Assembly: GCA_964495785.1 (NCBI GenBank)
Contig: CAZBXL010000001.1
Location: 44,406 to 108,405 of the forward strand
Reading direction: 5' to 3'
DNA: 64,000 bases
From: an uncultured Saprospiraceae bacterium
GTDB taxonomy: Bacteria; Bacteroidota; Bacteroidia; Chitinophagales; Saprospiraceae
Positions 19,090 through 29,031 of the stretch are shown here, piece by piece (position 1 is the stretch's first letter; each line of letters begins with the position of its first letter). The notes under the pieces were generated by a model. That model did no database searches, had not been told where the DNA came from, and was given only the letters and a program-made list of their open reading frames with translations. A program made the position numbers and the translations under genes.

Positions 19090-19956
19090 GTGTATAGCAA
19101 GACTTTTTGGCTGAAGAGCATCATTTTTATATCCTTTATGTTTCATCAATTTAGTGGTGCATATGCTCAGAGTAGTGTTGGAGTAGGATTTGGCTATTCT
19201 ATATATAGAGGAGACTTGAGCCATCCCAGTATATTTTCTGATCTTGAACAAGCGGGTATGGCCTTCAATGTCAATTACAAGTTGCAATTACGCAAGTCAC
19301 TACGGGCAAGAATAGGACTCTATATAGGTCAGATATCTGGAAATGATGCGACCTCAGAAAGTCTGACTCAACAACGACGTAATCTTAGATTTAGAAACAA
19401 TCTTTCAGAGCTGAGTATAGCTGGAGAATATAATTTCAGTAACGAAGTCATAGGCGGATCTCCGCTGAGCTTTTTTGCTTTGGGAGGCGTGTCGATCTAT
19501 AGAAGTAGTCCAACGACAGACTATAACGGCCTCAGATATGCGCTAAGAGAATTAAATACCGAGAACCAGTCACAATCATATGCTCTCTATCATCCCAGTA
19601 TACTATTGGGAGGAGGAGTTGAGTACGAATTAAATGATGCTATTTCTATCACCTTTGAGATCATAGGTCGTATTACTTCTAATGATTATCTCGATGATGT
19701 AAGCGGTGATTATCCTGACTATAATTTGACATTAGAGCAGCAGGGATTTATTTCTGCATATCTATCAGATAGACGAGAGGAATTTTTAGGTCTTCCAGAG
19801 GGTACCACAGATATACCAGGTTTAGGTAACATCAGAGGCAATCCTTCAAGTAAGGATTTTTTCATCACTGCTATGGTCAATCTCCTCATAAGAATTAATC
19901 CTAACGATTATGTGGGACAAAATAGAAAACGTATTCTCTGTCCATCAGCAAACTAA
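19090..19956 (+). CDS. Outer-membrane beta-barrel protein (DUF6089-like)
   Basis: GTG start in the track, so the start is uncertain. Signal peptide ...FSGAYAQ and Gly/aromatic beta-strand pattern (VGVGFGYSIY, LGGGVEYEL). Confidence 0.5.
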   Translation: MYSKTFWLKSIIFISFMFHQFSGAYAQSSVGVGFGYSIYRGDLSHPSIFSDLEQAGMAFNVNYKLQLRKSLRARIGLYIGQISGNDATSESLTQQRRNLRFRNNLSELSIAGEYNFSNEVIGGSPLSFFALGGVSIYRSSPTTDYNGLRYALRELNTENQSQSYALYHPSILLGGGVEYELNDAISITFEIIGRITSNDYLDDVSGDYPDYNLTLEQQGFISAYLSDRREEFLGLPEGTTDIPGLGNIRGNPSSKDFFITAMVNLLIRINPNDYVGQNRKRILCPSAN

Positions 19957-19962
19957 TTAAGA

Positions 19963-21861
19963 TTGTCCGACACATCATATCATAAAATACTAAAGCAGTA
20001 CTGGAATTATTCAGAATTCAGAGATGGGCAATTAGATGTTATTAAGAGTATACACAGTGGTCGTGATACATTAGCAGTGCTGCCTACGGGAGCAGGGAAG
20101 TCTATCTGTTATCAAGTGCCTGGACTAATGATGGATGGTATAGCCATCGTTATCAGTCCTCTTATTGCACTCATGAAGGACCAAATACAAGGACTTACAA
20201 AAAGAGGGATTAAAGCTTCTGGTGTGATGACTGGACAGACTACGAAGCAGCAAGATATAATTTTGGACAATGCAGCTTATGGAGAGTTGAAGTTTCTTTT
20301 TATATCACCGGAGAGATTGCAATCGAGATTATTCAGACATCGCTTAATGAAATATAAAGTGTCAATGCTTGTGGTAGATGAGGCCCATTGTATAAGTGAG
20401 TGGGGACATGACTTTAGGCCAGAATATAGAATGATACATGAAGTTATGGGACAAGTAGATAAAGTACCATACTTGGCTCTCACTGCGACAGCTACCGCTA
20501 AGGTACAGGATGATATCAAGCAGAGTCTGGGGATGAAAGACCCGCTAACATTCCTACATTCTCCAATACGTCATAACATATCATATCAAGTACACGAGAG
20601 CGAGAACAAACCACTGCTTATAAGACAATTATTAAAAAGCAATAGCAGTGGTTGTGCCATTATATATGTCAATTCGCGAAAGCTAACTACACAACTTCAA
20701 AGATATCTCAGTAAGCACAATATTGAGGCAAGTGCATTTCATGGAGGTATGATGATTAAGGATAGAAATAGAATTATAAAAGAATGGGAAAGTGGCGAGG
20801 TTAAGGTTATGATATCCACCAAAGCCTTTGGGATGGGAATAGACAAATCGGATGTCAGAATCGTGATCCATTATAATATCCCAGAATCATTAGAAGCCTA
20901 TGTGCAAGAGGCTGGTAGGGCCGGTAGAGATGGTGCTATGTCAGAAGCCGTAATGATTGCTAATGAATCAGATACATTGAAAATATCTAAACGCTTAGAT
21001 GATGTATTTCCAAGCGTAGATTTCATTAAGAAGGTGTATACCTACTTAGGTGTTTATTATAAAGTTGCTGCTGGTGAGACGAACCATGAAGATATTGTAT
21101 ACCAGCATCAAGACTTCTGTGAGAAATACAAAATACCAAAATTCAAAACTATCAATGTACTTAAACTTCTGCATGGATCTGGATTAATAAAGTTATCAGA
21201 GAGTCTTAAGAATCCCTCAACACTCTATCTTGATGAATTCAATATTAAGAGGCTTATCAGAGAAGAGAGAACGTCATTGTCAACTAAGAATTTTATAAGA
21301 ATAATTCTGAGGACGTATGAGGGTATCTTGTTTGCAAGTACAACAATAGAAGAAGAGCTAATCGCTAAACGGGCGGATATAAGCAAAGAGAAAGTCGTCA
21401 AGGGTCTAACTTGGCTACATAGAAATGATTACGGAAAGTATATACCATCGCATGAAGGATCTCTGATAGGATTTATAAATTATAGGTATAAAGAAAGTGA
21501 AATCAAAATCAATGAAAGTATTTATAGAGGGATGAATCAGAGATATAGAAACTCTATAGATTCTATCTTGAAATATGTTGAGACTCGACATTGTAGACAA
21601 AAAATTATCGCGGAATATTTTGACGCAGAACATCTGTCAGATTGTGGGATTTGTGATAATTGTACTATGAAAATAAATCATGATACTGGTCATGTAAAAG
21701 AACAAGTTGCGAATTATATAAAATTAAATATCAATGATATAGACGATATAGTATCCTGCTTTAAAAATCAAGACCGAAAAGAGGTTCTTAGAGTTCTGAC
21801 ATTGATGGAGTCAGAAGGACCGTACAGTATAAAGGCCAATAAAATATATCCTGCATCATGA
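19963..21861 (+). CDS. RecQ-family ATP-dependent DNA helicase (atypical C-terminal layout)
   Basis: LPTGAGKSICYQVP (motif I), VVDEAHCISEWGHDFRPEY (DEAH), QEAGRAGRDG (motif VI), and a Cys4 finger CRQK...CGICDNC at aa 544-567. TTG start in the track. Confidence 0.88.
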   Translation: MSDTSYHKILKQYWNYSEFRDGQLDVIKSIHSGRDTLAVLPTGAGKSICYQVPGLMMDGIAIVISPLIALMKDQIQGLTKRGIKASGVMTGQTTKQQDIILDNAAYGELKFLFISPERLQSRLFRHRLMKYKVSMLVVDEAHCISEWGHDFRPEYRMIHEVMGQVDKVPYLALTATATAKVQDDIKQSLGMKDPLTFLHSPIRHNISYQVHESENKPLLIRQLLKSNSSGCAIIYVNSRKLTTQLQRYLSKHNIEASAFHGGMMIKDRNRIIKEWESGEVKVMISTKAFGMGIDKSDVRIVIHYNIPESLEAYVQEAGRAGRDGAMSEAVMIANESDTLKISKRLDDVFPSVDFIKKVYTYLGVYYKVAAGETNHEDIVYQHQDFCEKYKIPKFKTINVLKLLHGSGLIKLSESLKNPSTLYLDEFNIKRLIREERTSLSTKNFIRIILRTYEGILFASTTIEEELIAKRADISKEKVVKGLTWLHRNDYGKYIPSHEGSLIGFINYRYKESEIKINESIYRGMNQRYRNSIDSILKYVETRHCRQKIIAEYFDAEHLSDCGICDNCTMKINHDTGHVKEQVANYIKLNINDIDDIVSCFKNQDRKEVLRVLTLMESEGPYSIKANKIYPAS

Positions 21862-22946
21862 ATGAGCCTTTATTAAGCATTGTTTTCTGTAGCACCTCAA
21901 TAGCTGCATATGATCGTAGAATGCAACGAATCACGAAAGCTCTAAGTGATGCTGGTCACGAAGTGAGATGGATCTCTCGTTATCATAAGTCGTCAGTCAG
22001 AGGCGATAACGCAGTCGATTCTGAGTCTATAAGTTGTTTATTCAAATCAGGAATTCTCTTCTATTTAGAATTTAATTGCAGGCTGCTGATAAAACTTCTT
22101 AGCTCATCAGAGGATTGTATTTCTGGAGTAGATTTAGATACATTATTAGCAGCAACATTAGCAGCTAAATTTAGAAATAAGAAACTCATCTTTGATGCTC
22201 ACGAGATATTCTACGAAGTACCAGAACTAACAGGCAAGCCATTAAAAAAATGGATATGGAAGCAAGTAGCTCGATGGTGTATCCCTCACACTGACAGACG
22301 ATATACAGTCAATAACTCTCTGAAAATACATCACCAAGAGCACTACAATAGAGAATTTCAAATCATTAGAAATGTGCCTAATGATGTCGGTACTCATGAT
22401 AAAACGAGGACCAATAATAAAGTCATGGTCTACCTCGGCGTTGTTAATAAAGGTAGAGGCGTAGAGATTGCAATTCGTTCTCTAAGCTCATTAACTGATC
22501 ATAACTTAGTTGTTATAGGGGAAGGAGATGAGTACGAGGAAGTAAGAACCTTAGCGCAGTCATTAGATGTATCTGATAGGGTAGACTTTAGAGGCTATAC
22601 CAATCCTGATGAGATTTTTGATATACTTGATAAGTGCAGTATTGGTCTCAATATGCTCGTTGCAGAAAGTGAAAATTATAGGCTTTCATTAGCAAATAAG
22701 TTTTTCGATTATATGCATGCAGGATTGCCGTCTGTTAACATGCGTTACCCTGAGTATGAAAGTATACTCTCTGAGCATCAGGTAGGTCTGATGATAGAGA
22801 ATTATCAAGTTGTGGATTTTATTAGGGCAATAGAAAAATTAGAGAATAATGATCTCTATCAGAAGCTATCAATGAATTGTAATGCCTATAAAAATCTCTA
22901 TACCTGGGATAGAGAAAGCAAGATTTTGATCAGTCTTTATCATTAA
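21858..22946 (+). CDS. Glycosyltransferase, GT4-like (GT-B fold)
   Basis: C-terminal E-x7-E-type region (AESENYRLSLANKFFDYMHAGLPSV). Start overlaps the RecQ stop (ATGA). Confidence 0.72.
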   Translation: MNEPLLSIVFCSTSIAAYDRRMQRITKALSDAGHEVRWISRYHKSSVRGDNAVDSESISCLFKSGILFYLEFNCRLLIKLLSSSEDCISGVDLDTLLAATLAAKFRNKKLIFDAHEIFYEVPELTGKPLKKWIWKQVARWCIPHTDRRYTVNNSLKIHHQEHYNREFQIIRNVPNDVGTHDKTRTNNKVMVYLGVVNKGRGVEIAIRSLSSLTDHNLVVIGEGDEYEEVRTLAQSLDVSDRVDFRGYTNPDEIFDILDKCSIGLNMLVAESENYRLSLANKFFDYMHAGLPSVNMRYPEYESILSEHQVGLMIENYQVVDFIRAIEKLENNDLYQKLSMNCNAYKNLYTWDRESKILISLYH

Positions 22947-23047
22947 AATAATTGTGATCTACTCGTAGATGATATTATCAGTATATCAATCCCTCCTCGA
23001 TAAGGCATAGAGTCACTTTGACCCTTCTGCTTATCCAAATTACTTAT

Positions 23048-25255
23048 CTACTGCAACAACTCCGTCTTACCAGCTAAGTCCAAAAAGAAAGCATACTCCA
23101 GGGCTGTCTCTCTATATCTTTCAAATCTTCCAGACTTACCACCATGACCGGTGCTCATTTCTGTATGGAGTAGTAGAGGATTATTATCTGTTTTGTATTC
23201 TCTTAACTTAGCGACCCACTTAGCAGGTTCCCAATATTGTACTTGGCTATCGTGATACCCTGTAGTGACAAGTAGGGCAGGGTAGTCTTTTTTCTCTATG
23301 TTGTCGTATGGAGAATAGGTTTTGATATAATCGTAGTATGCTTTGTCATTGGGGTTGCCCCATTCGTCATACTCGCCAGTCGTTAGTGGTATGGTCTCGT
23401 CCAACATAGTGGTGACCACATCTACAAATGGTACAGCAGCGATACCACCTTTCCATATTTCAGGCTTCATATTAATAACGGCACCTATAAGCAGACCGCC
23501 AGCACTACCACCCATGCAGAATTGATTCTCGGCACTTGTATATTTATTATCTATGAGGTACTGACCGCAGTCTATAAAGTCCGTAAAAGTATTTTTCTTA
23601 TTAAATAACTTGCCGTCATCATACCATGGTCTTCCCATCTCTTGTCCGCCTCTGATATGAGCAATTGCATATGCGAATCCTCTGTCAAGTAAGCTTAATC
23701 TTACCGAACTAAAGTAAGGATCCATACTGTAGCCATAAGAGCCATATGCGTATAGAAGAAGAGGCTGCGTACCATCTTTTTTAAATCCGTTCTTGTATAC
23801 GATACTGACAGGCACTTCGACTCCATCCCTTGCTGTGACCATTATTCTCTCGGAAGTGTAATCGTCTGGATTAAAATCGCCAACAACCTCGTTTCTTTTT
23901 TTGAGGTCTAATTGTTTAGTTTTCATATTATAATCATACACTGAACCTGGCGTGGTCATAGATGAAAAGCTAATCCTCACTTCATCGGTATCAATCTCAG
24001 GATTCGTAGAAGTCTCAGCTGTGTAAGCTTCTTCTCCAAAATCTATATAGCTGGCATCAGATGGGTTTGCCCAAGGCATCACTTTGACTTTGGTCATCCC
24101 TTTATTTCTCTCATTAATGACAAGATAGTCGGAGAATACTTCTATGCCAGTAATGAAATTTTCTTCTTTGTAAGGTATGAAGTCCTTCCAATTATCCTTT
24201 GAGGTATTAGACTCAGGAGTAGTCATTATTTTAAAATTCGTTGCACCGTCTTTATTAGTGACGATGTACCACTTGTCATTATAGTGAGAGATGCTATGTT
24301 CGAGGCCTCTTTCTCTCGGTGTAAATAATTTAAACCTACCATTGGGATCATTAGCATCTAATATTCTATACTCATTAGATACAGTGGCAAATGAACCTAT
24401 GATTATATATTTCTGAGATTTTGATTTATATGCAAAACATCTAAAGGTCTCATCCTCTTCATGATAGATTTCTACATCTTGGTCAGAAGAAGTTCCTATT
24501 GTGTGTTTGAATATCTTATATGCTCTCAGAGCATTGTCTTTTCTTGTGTAGAAGACTGTTTTATTATCATTAGCCCATGTGCAACTTCCCGTAGTGTTTT
24601 CTATGACATCATCAAGATATTTTCCTGTCTCAAGATTCTTGAATTTTATATTGTATTTTCTTCTTGATAGAGTATCTTCTCCATAAGCTAATATTGTGTT
24701 GTCAGGTGATACACTTAATCCAGCAGCCTGATAATAATCATAGGCTTCTGCGAGTTCATTAGCGTCTATCATGATCTCATCGCTTGCATTCAGAGTGCCT
24801 TTTCTTCTTGAGTAGATAGGATATTCTTTACCTTCTGTAAACTTGGTCAGGTAGAAGTAGCCATTTTTCTTGTATGGAACAGATTCGTCATTTTGCTTGA
24901 TTCGAGCTGTGATTTCTTCATATAAGTCATCTTGCAGATCCTTTAAGTGATCCGTCATCTTATTGGTATAGTCATTCTCCGCATTAAGGTACTCGATAAC
25001 CTCTGAAGTCTGCTGATCGGGCTTTTTAGCATTTTTTTGCTCATCTGTGAGCTTCATCCAGTAATAATTGTCTATTCTGTCATCTCCGTGTTTTGATAAA
25101 ATTTTCTCTTCTTTCCTCGGGCTTGGAGGAGTGATGATTTCTATATTTTTCATTGACGTATGTGTATTATCTTGATTTTCAGTACGATTATTTCCACATT
25201 GTAAAAATAGTATTGTACACAATATTAAGCTCAGATTAAGTACTAACTGTTTCAT
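23048..25255 (-). CDS. ptrB: Oligopeptidase B / S9A prolyl-oligopeptidase-family serine peptidase
   Basis: N-terminal HGDDRIDNYYWM, a beta-propeller region, the nucleophile motif GGSAGGLLIG, and a C-terminal GHGG. Confidence 0.85.
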   Translation of the reverse strand: MKQLVLNLSLILCTILFLQCGNNRTENQDNTHTSMKNIEIITPPSPRKEEKILSKHGDDRIDNYYWMKLTDEQKNAKKPDQQTSEVIEYLNAENDYTNKMTDHLKDLQDDLYEEITARIKQNDESVPYKKNGYFYLTKFTEGKEYPIYSRRKGTLNASDEIMIDANELAEAYDYYQAAGLSVSPDNTILAYGEDTLSRRKYNIKFKNLETGKYLDDVIENTTGSCTWANDNKTVFYTRKDNALRAYKIFKHTIGTSSDQDVEIYHEEDETFRCFAYKSKSQKYIIIGSFATVSNEYRILDANDPNGRFKLFTPRERGLEHSISHYNDKWYIVTNKDGATNFKIMTTPESNTSKDNWKDFIPYKEENFITGIEVFSDYLVINERNKGMTKVKVMPWANPSDASYIDFGEEAYTAETSTNPEIDTDEVRISFSSMTTPGSVYDYNMKTKQLDLKKRNEVVGDFNPDDYTSERIMVTARDGVEVPVSIVYKNGFKKDGTQPLLLYAYGSYGYSMDPYFSSVRLSLLDRGFAYAIAHIRGGQEMGRPWYDDGKLFNKKNTFTDFIDCGQYLIDNKYTSAENQFCMGGSAGGLLIGAVINMKPEIWKGGIAAVPFVDVVTTMLDETIPLTTGEYDEWGNPNDKAYYDYIKTYSPYDNIEKKDYPALLVTTGYHDSQVQYWEPAKWVAKLREYKTDNNPLLLHTEMSTGHGGKSGRFERYRETALEYAFFLDLAGKTELLQ

Positions 25256-25300
25256 GTCTCAGATGTTGAAAATTAATTAATAACTATAGTATTCATTAAA

Positions 25301-25331
25301 TTTAGTCATATAAATAGAAAAATTATATTTG
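25301..25331 (+). promoter_or_regulatory. Candidate Bacteroidota sigma-A promoter of smc (-33 TTTA, -7 TATATTTG)
   Basis: tatatttg at 25324-25331 matches TAnnTTTG. ttta at 25301-25304 lies 19 nt upstream. The G of the -7 box is only 7 nt before the GTG start. Confidence 0.3.
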
Positions 25332-25338
25332 TCCTCCT

Positions 25339-28300
25339 GTGAAGTTAAAAAGCCTACATATAAAGGGATTTAAGAGTTTCGCTAACGAAACGACTGTCCA
25401 TTTCCGAGAAGAAATAACGGGCGTTGTCGGACCTAATGGTTCGGGCAAGTCCAATATAATTGATGCCATAAGATGGGTCTTAGGAGAACAAAAAAGTAAA
25501 GGTCTCCGACTTGATAAAATGATTGATGTCATTTTCAATGGAACAAAGAATAAGAAAAAAGCCAATATGGCTCAAGTCTCTTTGACATTTGAAAATTCTA
25601 ATAAGTTAATACCATTAGAGTTTGAAGAAGTTAAGGTGACCAGAATTCTCTATGATACCAATGAAAGTGAATATAGGATCAATGATGTCGCATGTCGACT
25701 TAAGGACATCACTAATCTGTTCTTAAATACAGGTATCGGGTCTAATAGTTATGCCATCATAGAATTAGGAATGGTAGATGATATTCTATTAGATAAGGAG
25801 CACGCTCGTCGTAAGATGTTTGAACAAGCGGCAGGAATATCTAAGTATAAAAAGAGAAAGCACGAGACGCTTAATAAACTCAAAAGCACTCAGGCAGATT
25901 TGGATCGAATAGAAGATATATTATTCGAATTAGAGGCTAACCTAAAAACATTAGAGCGACAAGCGAAGCGAACTCAAAAATACTACGACCTCAAAACCGA
26001 GTATAAGGACTTAAGTATGAATAAAGCATACATAGGTCAGAAAGAAGCTTTGGCACAAGAAGCAGAACTGAAATCACAGTTGCTTATATTTAATGAGAAG
26101 TATAATGAGACAACTAAAATTATACACGAATTAGAAGCGGAAGTAGAACAGAACAAGAAAGCCAATCTTGATTCTGAGCAAGCTCTTACAGCTAAGCAGA
26201 AGGAGTATAATGAGGTTGTAGATGCCCTCAGGACAAAAGAAAATGAGTTAGAAATTAAAAAGCAGAATCTTGATTTTATTTATCAGAATATACAGAGATT
26301 CGAATCTAACAAAAAGCAGTTCTCAGACGCCACAGAGGAGATATCACAAGTCCTAATCACTAAGAAAGACGAATTAAAAAATATAGAATCTGAGAAGCCG
26401 ACGCTTGAAAAAGAGTTGCAAGATTCTAAGCAAGAATTTGAAAGGGTAGAGGTAGAAAGGCAAAAAGTACAAGGAGAGAATAATACAGATGTCGATCGAT
26501 TAAAAGCATTAGAAAAAAATAAGTTTGAATTAGAAAAAGATATCATAGAGCTTAAGAGTAAGTCTGCCAACTCAGAGCAAAACTCTATTGCAATCAATGA
26601 TGATATTCTCAACTTCCAATCTCTCCAGAATAATCTGACAACACAGAGAGAAAGTATAGAAGAAGACCTACAAGAAGCGACGACAGAGTACAATAACTTG
26701 GTAGAGAAATCTAACAATATTGAAATTGAGAGATCGGAGCTTACGAATACTCAAACTGTCGAAACAGATAAATTAGCCAAATTAGAAAGAAGATATGATG
26801 CCTTCTCGAGTGAGTATAACTTACTCAAAGATATGGTTGATAACTTTGAAGGATTTCCAGAATCTGCTAAGTTTTTAGCTAAAGAATGGGACGAGCAAAG
26901 GCCAATACTTTCTGATGTTCTTGATTGTGATGCGGAGTATAGAGAAGCTATAGAATTGTACCTTGAGCCATATCTCGGATATTTTATATTAGATAATATA
27001 GAAGAGGCTAAGGAGTCAATAAAACTACTAAGAGAAGCTCAGAAAGGAAAGTCACAATTTTTCATTCTTTCAAGCTTTCAAGATACTAAAACACACGAAG
27101 TCAACTTAAGTCAACACGGCAGCGCAGCTATCAATGTCGTAAGAACAAAGCATAAGTATGAGGCTCTACTTCATCATTTATTATACAATGTCGTATTGGT
27201 CGAAGATGATTCTTTGCTCAAAGAAGTAATGCCTGATGATAAGTTGATCTACCTCTCTAAAAGTGGTCATGCTAATCGATCTAAGTATACGGTCAGCGGT
27301 GGATCAGTGGGACTATTCGACGGTAAGAGAATAGGACGTAAGCATGAGTTAGAAAAACTCAAAAGAAAAATAGAAGAGCTTGCAGAAGAGATAGGAACAC
27401 AAAAGTCGATTACAGCAGATATATCTGATAAACTCTCTCGACTTAATCAAGAGGATATCCAAAATGATATCATCCAAAAACGAGATATCAAGAATAATCT
27501 TGAAATCAAAAAAGCAGAGATAGGATCTAAGTATGGATCTATTATCTCTTCTATCAAAGATCTTACTGCACGACTACAGATAATAGATTCTGGAAAATCG
27601 GAGGCGGCTAATGAGATATCTAAGTTGTCATCTCAACTAAGTGAATTAGATTTAGAGATAGAAAAACAAAGCGCCTTAGTCAATGATCAGACAGGCGTAC
27701 TCGACTCTATCACTAAGAACTATGGAGATATAAGTTCTCGATATAATGAAGCACAGCTTAATTGGGTTAAGTTCCATAATGAGATAGAAAATATTCAGAA
27801 GGATATTCAGTTTAGAGAACAACAAATTACTGAGTATGCTACTAAGATAGAGGAAGTAGACAAGGAGATCATCAAGACCAAAGAAAGTGAAGTAGAAACT
27901 AAAAAACTCATAGAGGAAATCGATAAGTCACTCTATGAACAATATCAACTCAAAGAAGCTAAGCAGTCAGAACTGACCACTACAGAACAGAGTTTCTTTG
28001 CTAATCGAAGCACAATAACGGAGAAAGAGGATCTTCTCAAAAAGCACAACAAAGAGCTACAGAATCAGCAGATACAAATCAATCAACACAAAGACAAACT
28101 TACAAGTGTAGAGTTTGAACTACATTCTGTTAAAGAAAGACTGAAGATAGAATTCAACATAGACATCGTCGAACTCAAAGTTGATTTTGATACAGAAGAT
28201 GAAGCCGCTGTTACAGCACTAACGGAACGCTATGATAAAGTCAAAAAGAGATTAGACAACTACGGTGAGATCAATCCTATGGCTGTAGAGGCCTACGACG

Positions 28301-28896
28301 AGATCAATGAACGCTACATGTCTATGAAGACGCAGAGAGACGATATCCTTGAAGCAGAGCAGTCACTTAAGCTGACAATAAAAGAAATAGATAATGACGC
28401 TACTGAGAAGTTCTTAGAAGCTTTCTATCTCGTTAAGGATAACTTCAAAGATGTATTCAGAAGTCTCTTCTCAGATGAGGATGATTGTGATCTTATATTA
28501 CTCAATGCAGATACACCTCTGGAATCACAGATAGAAATTGTTGCCAAGCCTAAAGGCAAAAAACCGAAAGTACTATCTCAATTATCAGGAGGGGAGAAGA
28601 CATTGACAGCGATAGCATTGTTATTCTCATTATACCTACTTAAGCCGGCGCCGTTCTGTATTTTTGATGAGGTCGATGCACCATTAGATGATGTCAATAT
28701 TGTCAAATTTGCCAAGTTGATTAAGAGATTCTCCAATAAGTCTCAGTTCATCGTTGTCACACATAACAAGTCTACAATGGCAGGTATGGATACCCTCTAT
28801 GGCGTATACATGCAAGAACAAGGTGTGTCCGGAATCTCACAAGTAGATTTCAGAGAATATGAGCACCAGGAGTCATATCAGACGGTTAATGTGTAA
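25339..28896 (+). CDS. smc: Chromosome segregation protein SMC
   Basis: LKSLHIKGFKSF, Walker A GPNGSGKSN, long coiled coils, a hinge, signature LSGGEKTLTAIALLF, and Walker B FCIFDEVDAPLD. GTG is the only usable start (in-frame TAG at 25315). Confidence 0.95.
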   Translation: MKLKSLHIKGFKSFANETTVHFREEITGVVGPNGSGKSNIIDAIRWVLGEQKSKGLRLDKMIDVIFNGTKNKKKANMAQVSLTFENSNKLIPLEFEEVKVTRILYDTNESEYRINDVACRLKDITNLFLNTGIGSNSYAIIELGMVDDILLDKEHARRKMFEQAAGISKYKKRKHETLNKLKSTQADLDRIEDILFELEANLKTLERQAKRTQKYYDLKTEYKDLSMNKAYIGQKEALAQEAELKSQLLIFNEKYNETTKIIHELEAEVEQNKKANLDSEQALTAKQKEYNEVVDALRTKENELEIKKQNLDFIYQNIQRFESNKKQFSDATEEISQVLITKKDELKNIESEKPTLEKELQDSKQEFERVEVERQKVQGENNTDVDRLKALEKNKFELEKDIIELKSKSANSEQNSIAINDDILNFQSLQNNLTTQRESIEEDLQEATTEYNNLVEKSNNIEIERSELTNTQTVETDKLAKLERRYDAFSSEYNLLKDMVDNFEGFPESAKFLAKEWDEQRPILSDVLDCDAEYREAIELYLEPYLGYFILDNIEEAKESIKLLREAQKGKSQFFILSSFQDTKTHEVNLSQHGSAAINVVRTKHKYEALLHHLLYNVVLVEDDSLLKEVMPDDKLIYLSKSGHANRSKYTVSGGSVGLFDGKRIGRKHELEKLKRKIEELAEEIGTQKSITADISDKLSRLNQEDIQNDIIQKRDIKNNLEIKKAEIGSKYGSIISSIKDLTARLQIIDSGKSEAANEISKLSSQLSELDLEIEKQSALVNDQTGVLDSITKNYGDISSRYNEAQLNWVKFHNEIENIQKDIQFREQQITEYATKIEEVDKEIIKTKESEVETKKLIEEIDKSLYEQYQLKEAKQSELTTTEQSFFANRSTITEKEDLLKKHNKELQNQQIQINQHKDKLTSVEFELHSVKERLKIEFNIDIVELKVDFDTEDEAAVTALTERYDKVKKRLDNYGEINPMAVEAYDEINERYMSMKTQRDDILEAEQSLKLTIKEIDNDATEKFLEAFYLVKDNFKDVFRSLFSDEDDCDLILLNADTPLESQIEIVAKPKGKKPKVLSQLSGGEKTLTAIALLFSLYLLKPAPFCIFDEVDAPLDDVNIVKFAKLIKRFSNKSQFIVVTHNKSTMAGMDTLYGVYMQEQGVSGISQVDFREYEHQESYQTVNV

Positions 28897-29031
28897 GCTA
28901 TAGATGGGTTTGATAGTAGCTATAGCTGATTAAATTACATAACGGCAAAATATTGTTATAGATAATATCGTGCTTGTATGGAAGCGTAGTCGTATTAATT
29001 ATCGTATGTTTAGTAACAAACGATACTAATT

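Noticed and set aside
23031-23039. DnaA-box-like ttatccaaa
   Set aside because: It is a single copy with one mismatch, lying between convergent gene ends, with no cluster of boxes or an AT-rich unwinding element. It is not an origin.
26283-26717. Long antisense ORFs inside real genes (for example 26283..26717 in smc, 40835..41221 in topA, 54959..55372, 6169..6570, 7816..8265, 2905..3246, 12300..12656)
   Set aside because: They are Ser/Leu/Ile-rich, low-complexity translations opposite confidently identified genes. These are typical shadow ORFs in A/T-rich DNA, with no motifs or independent signals.
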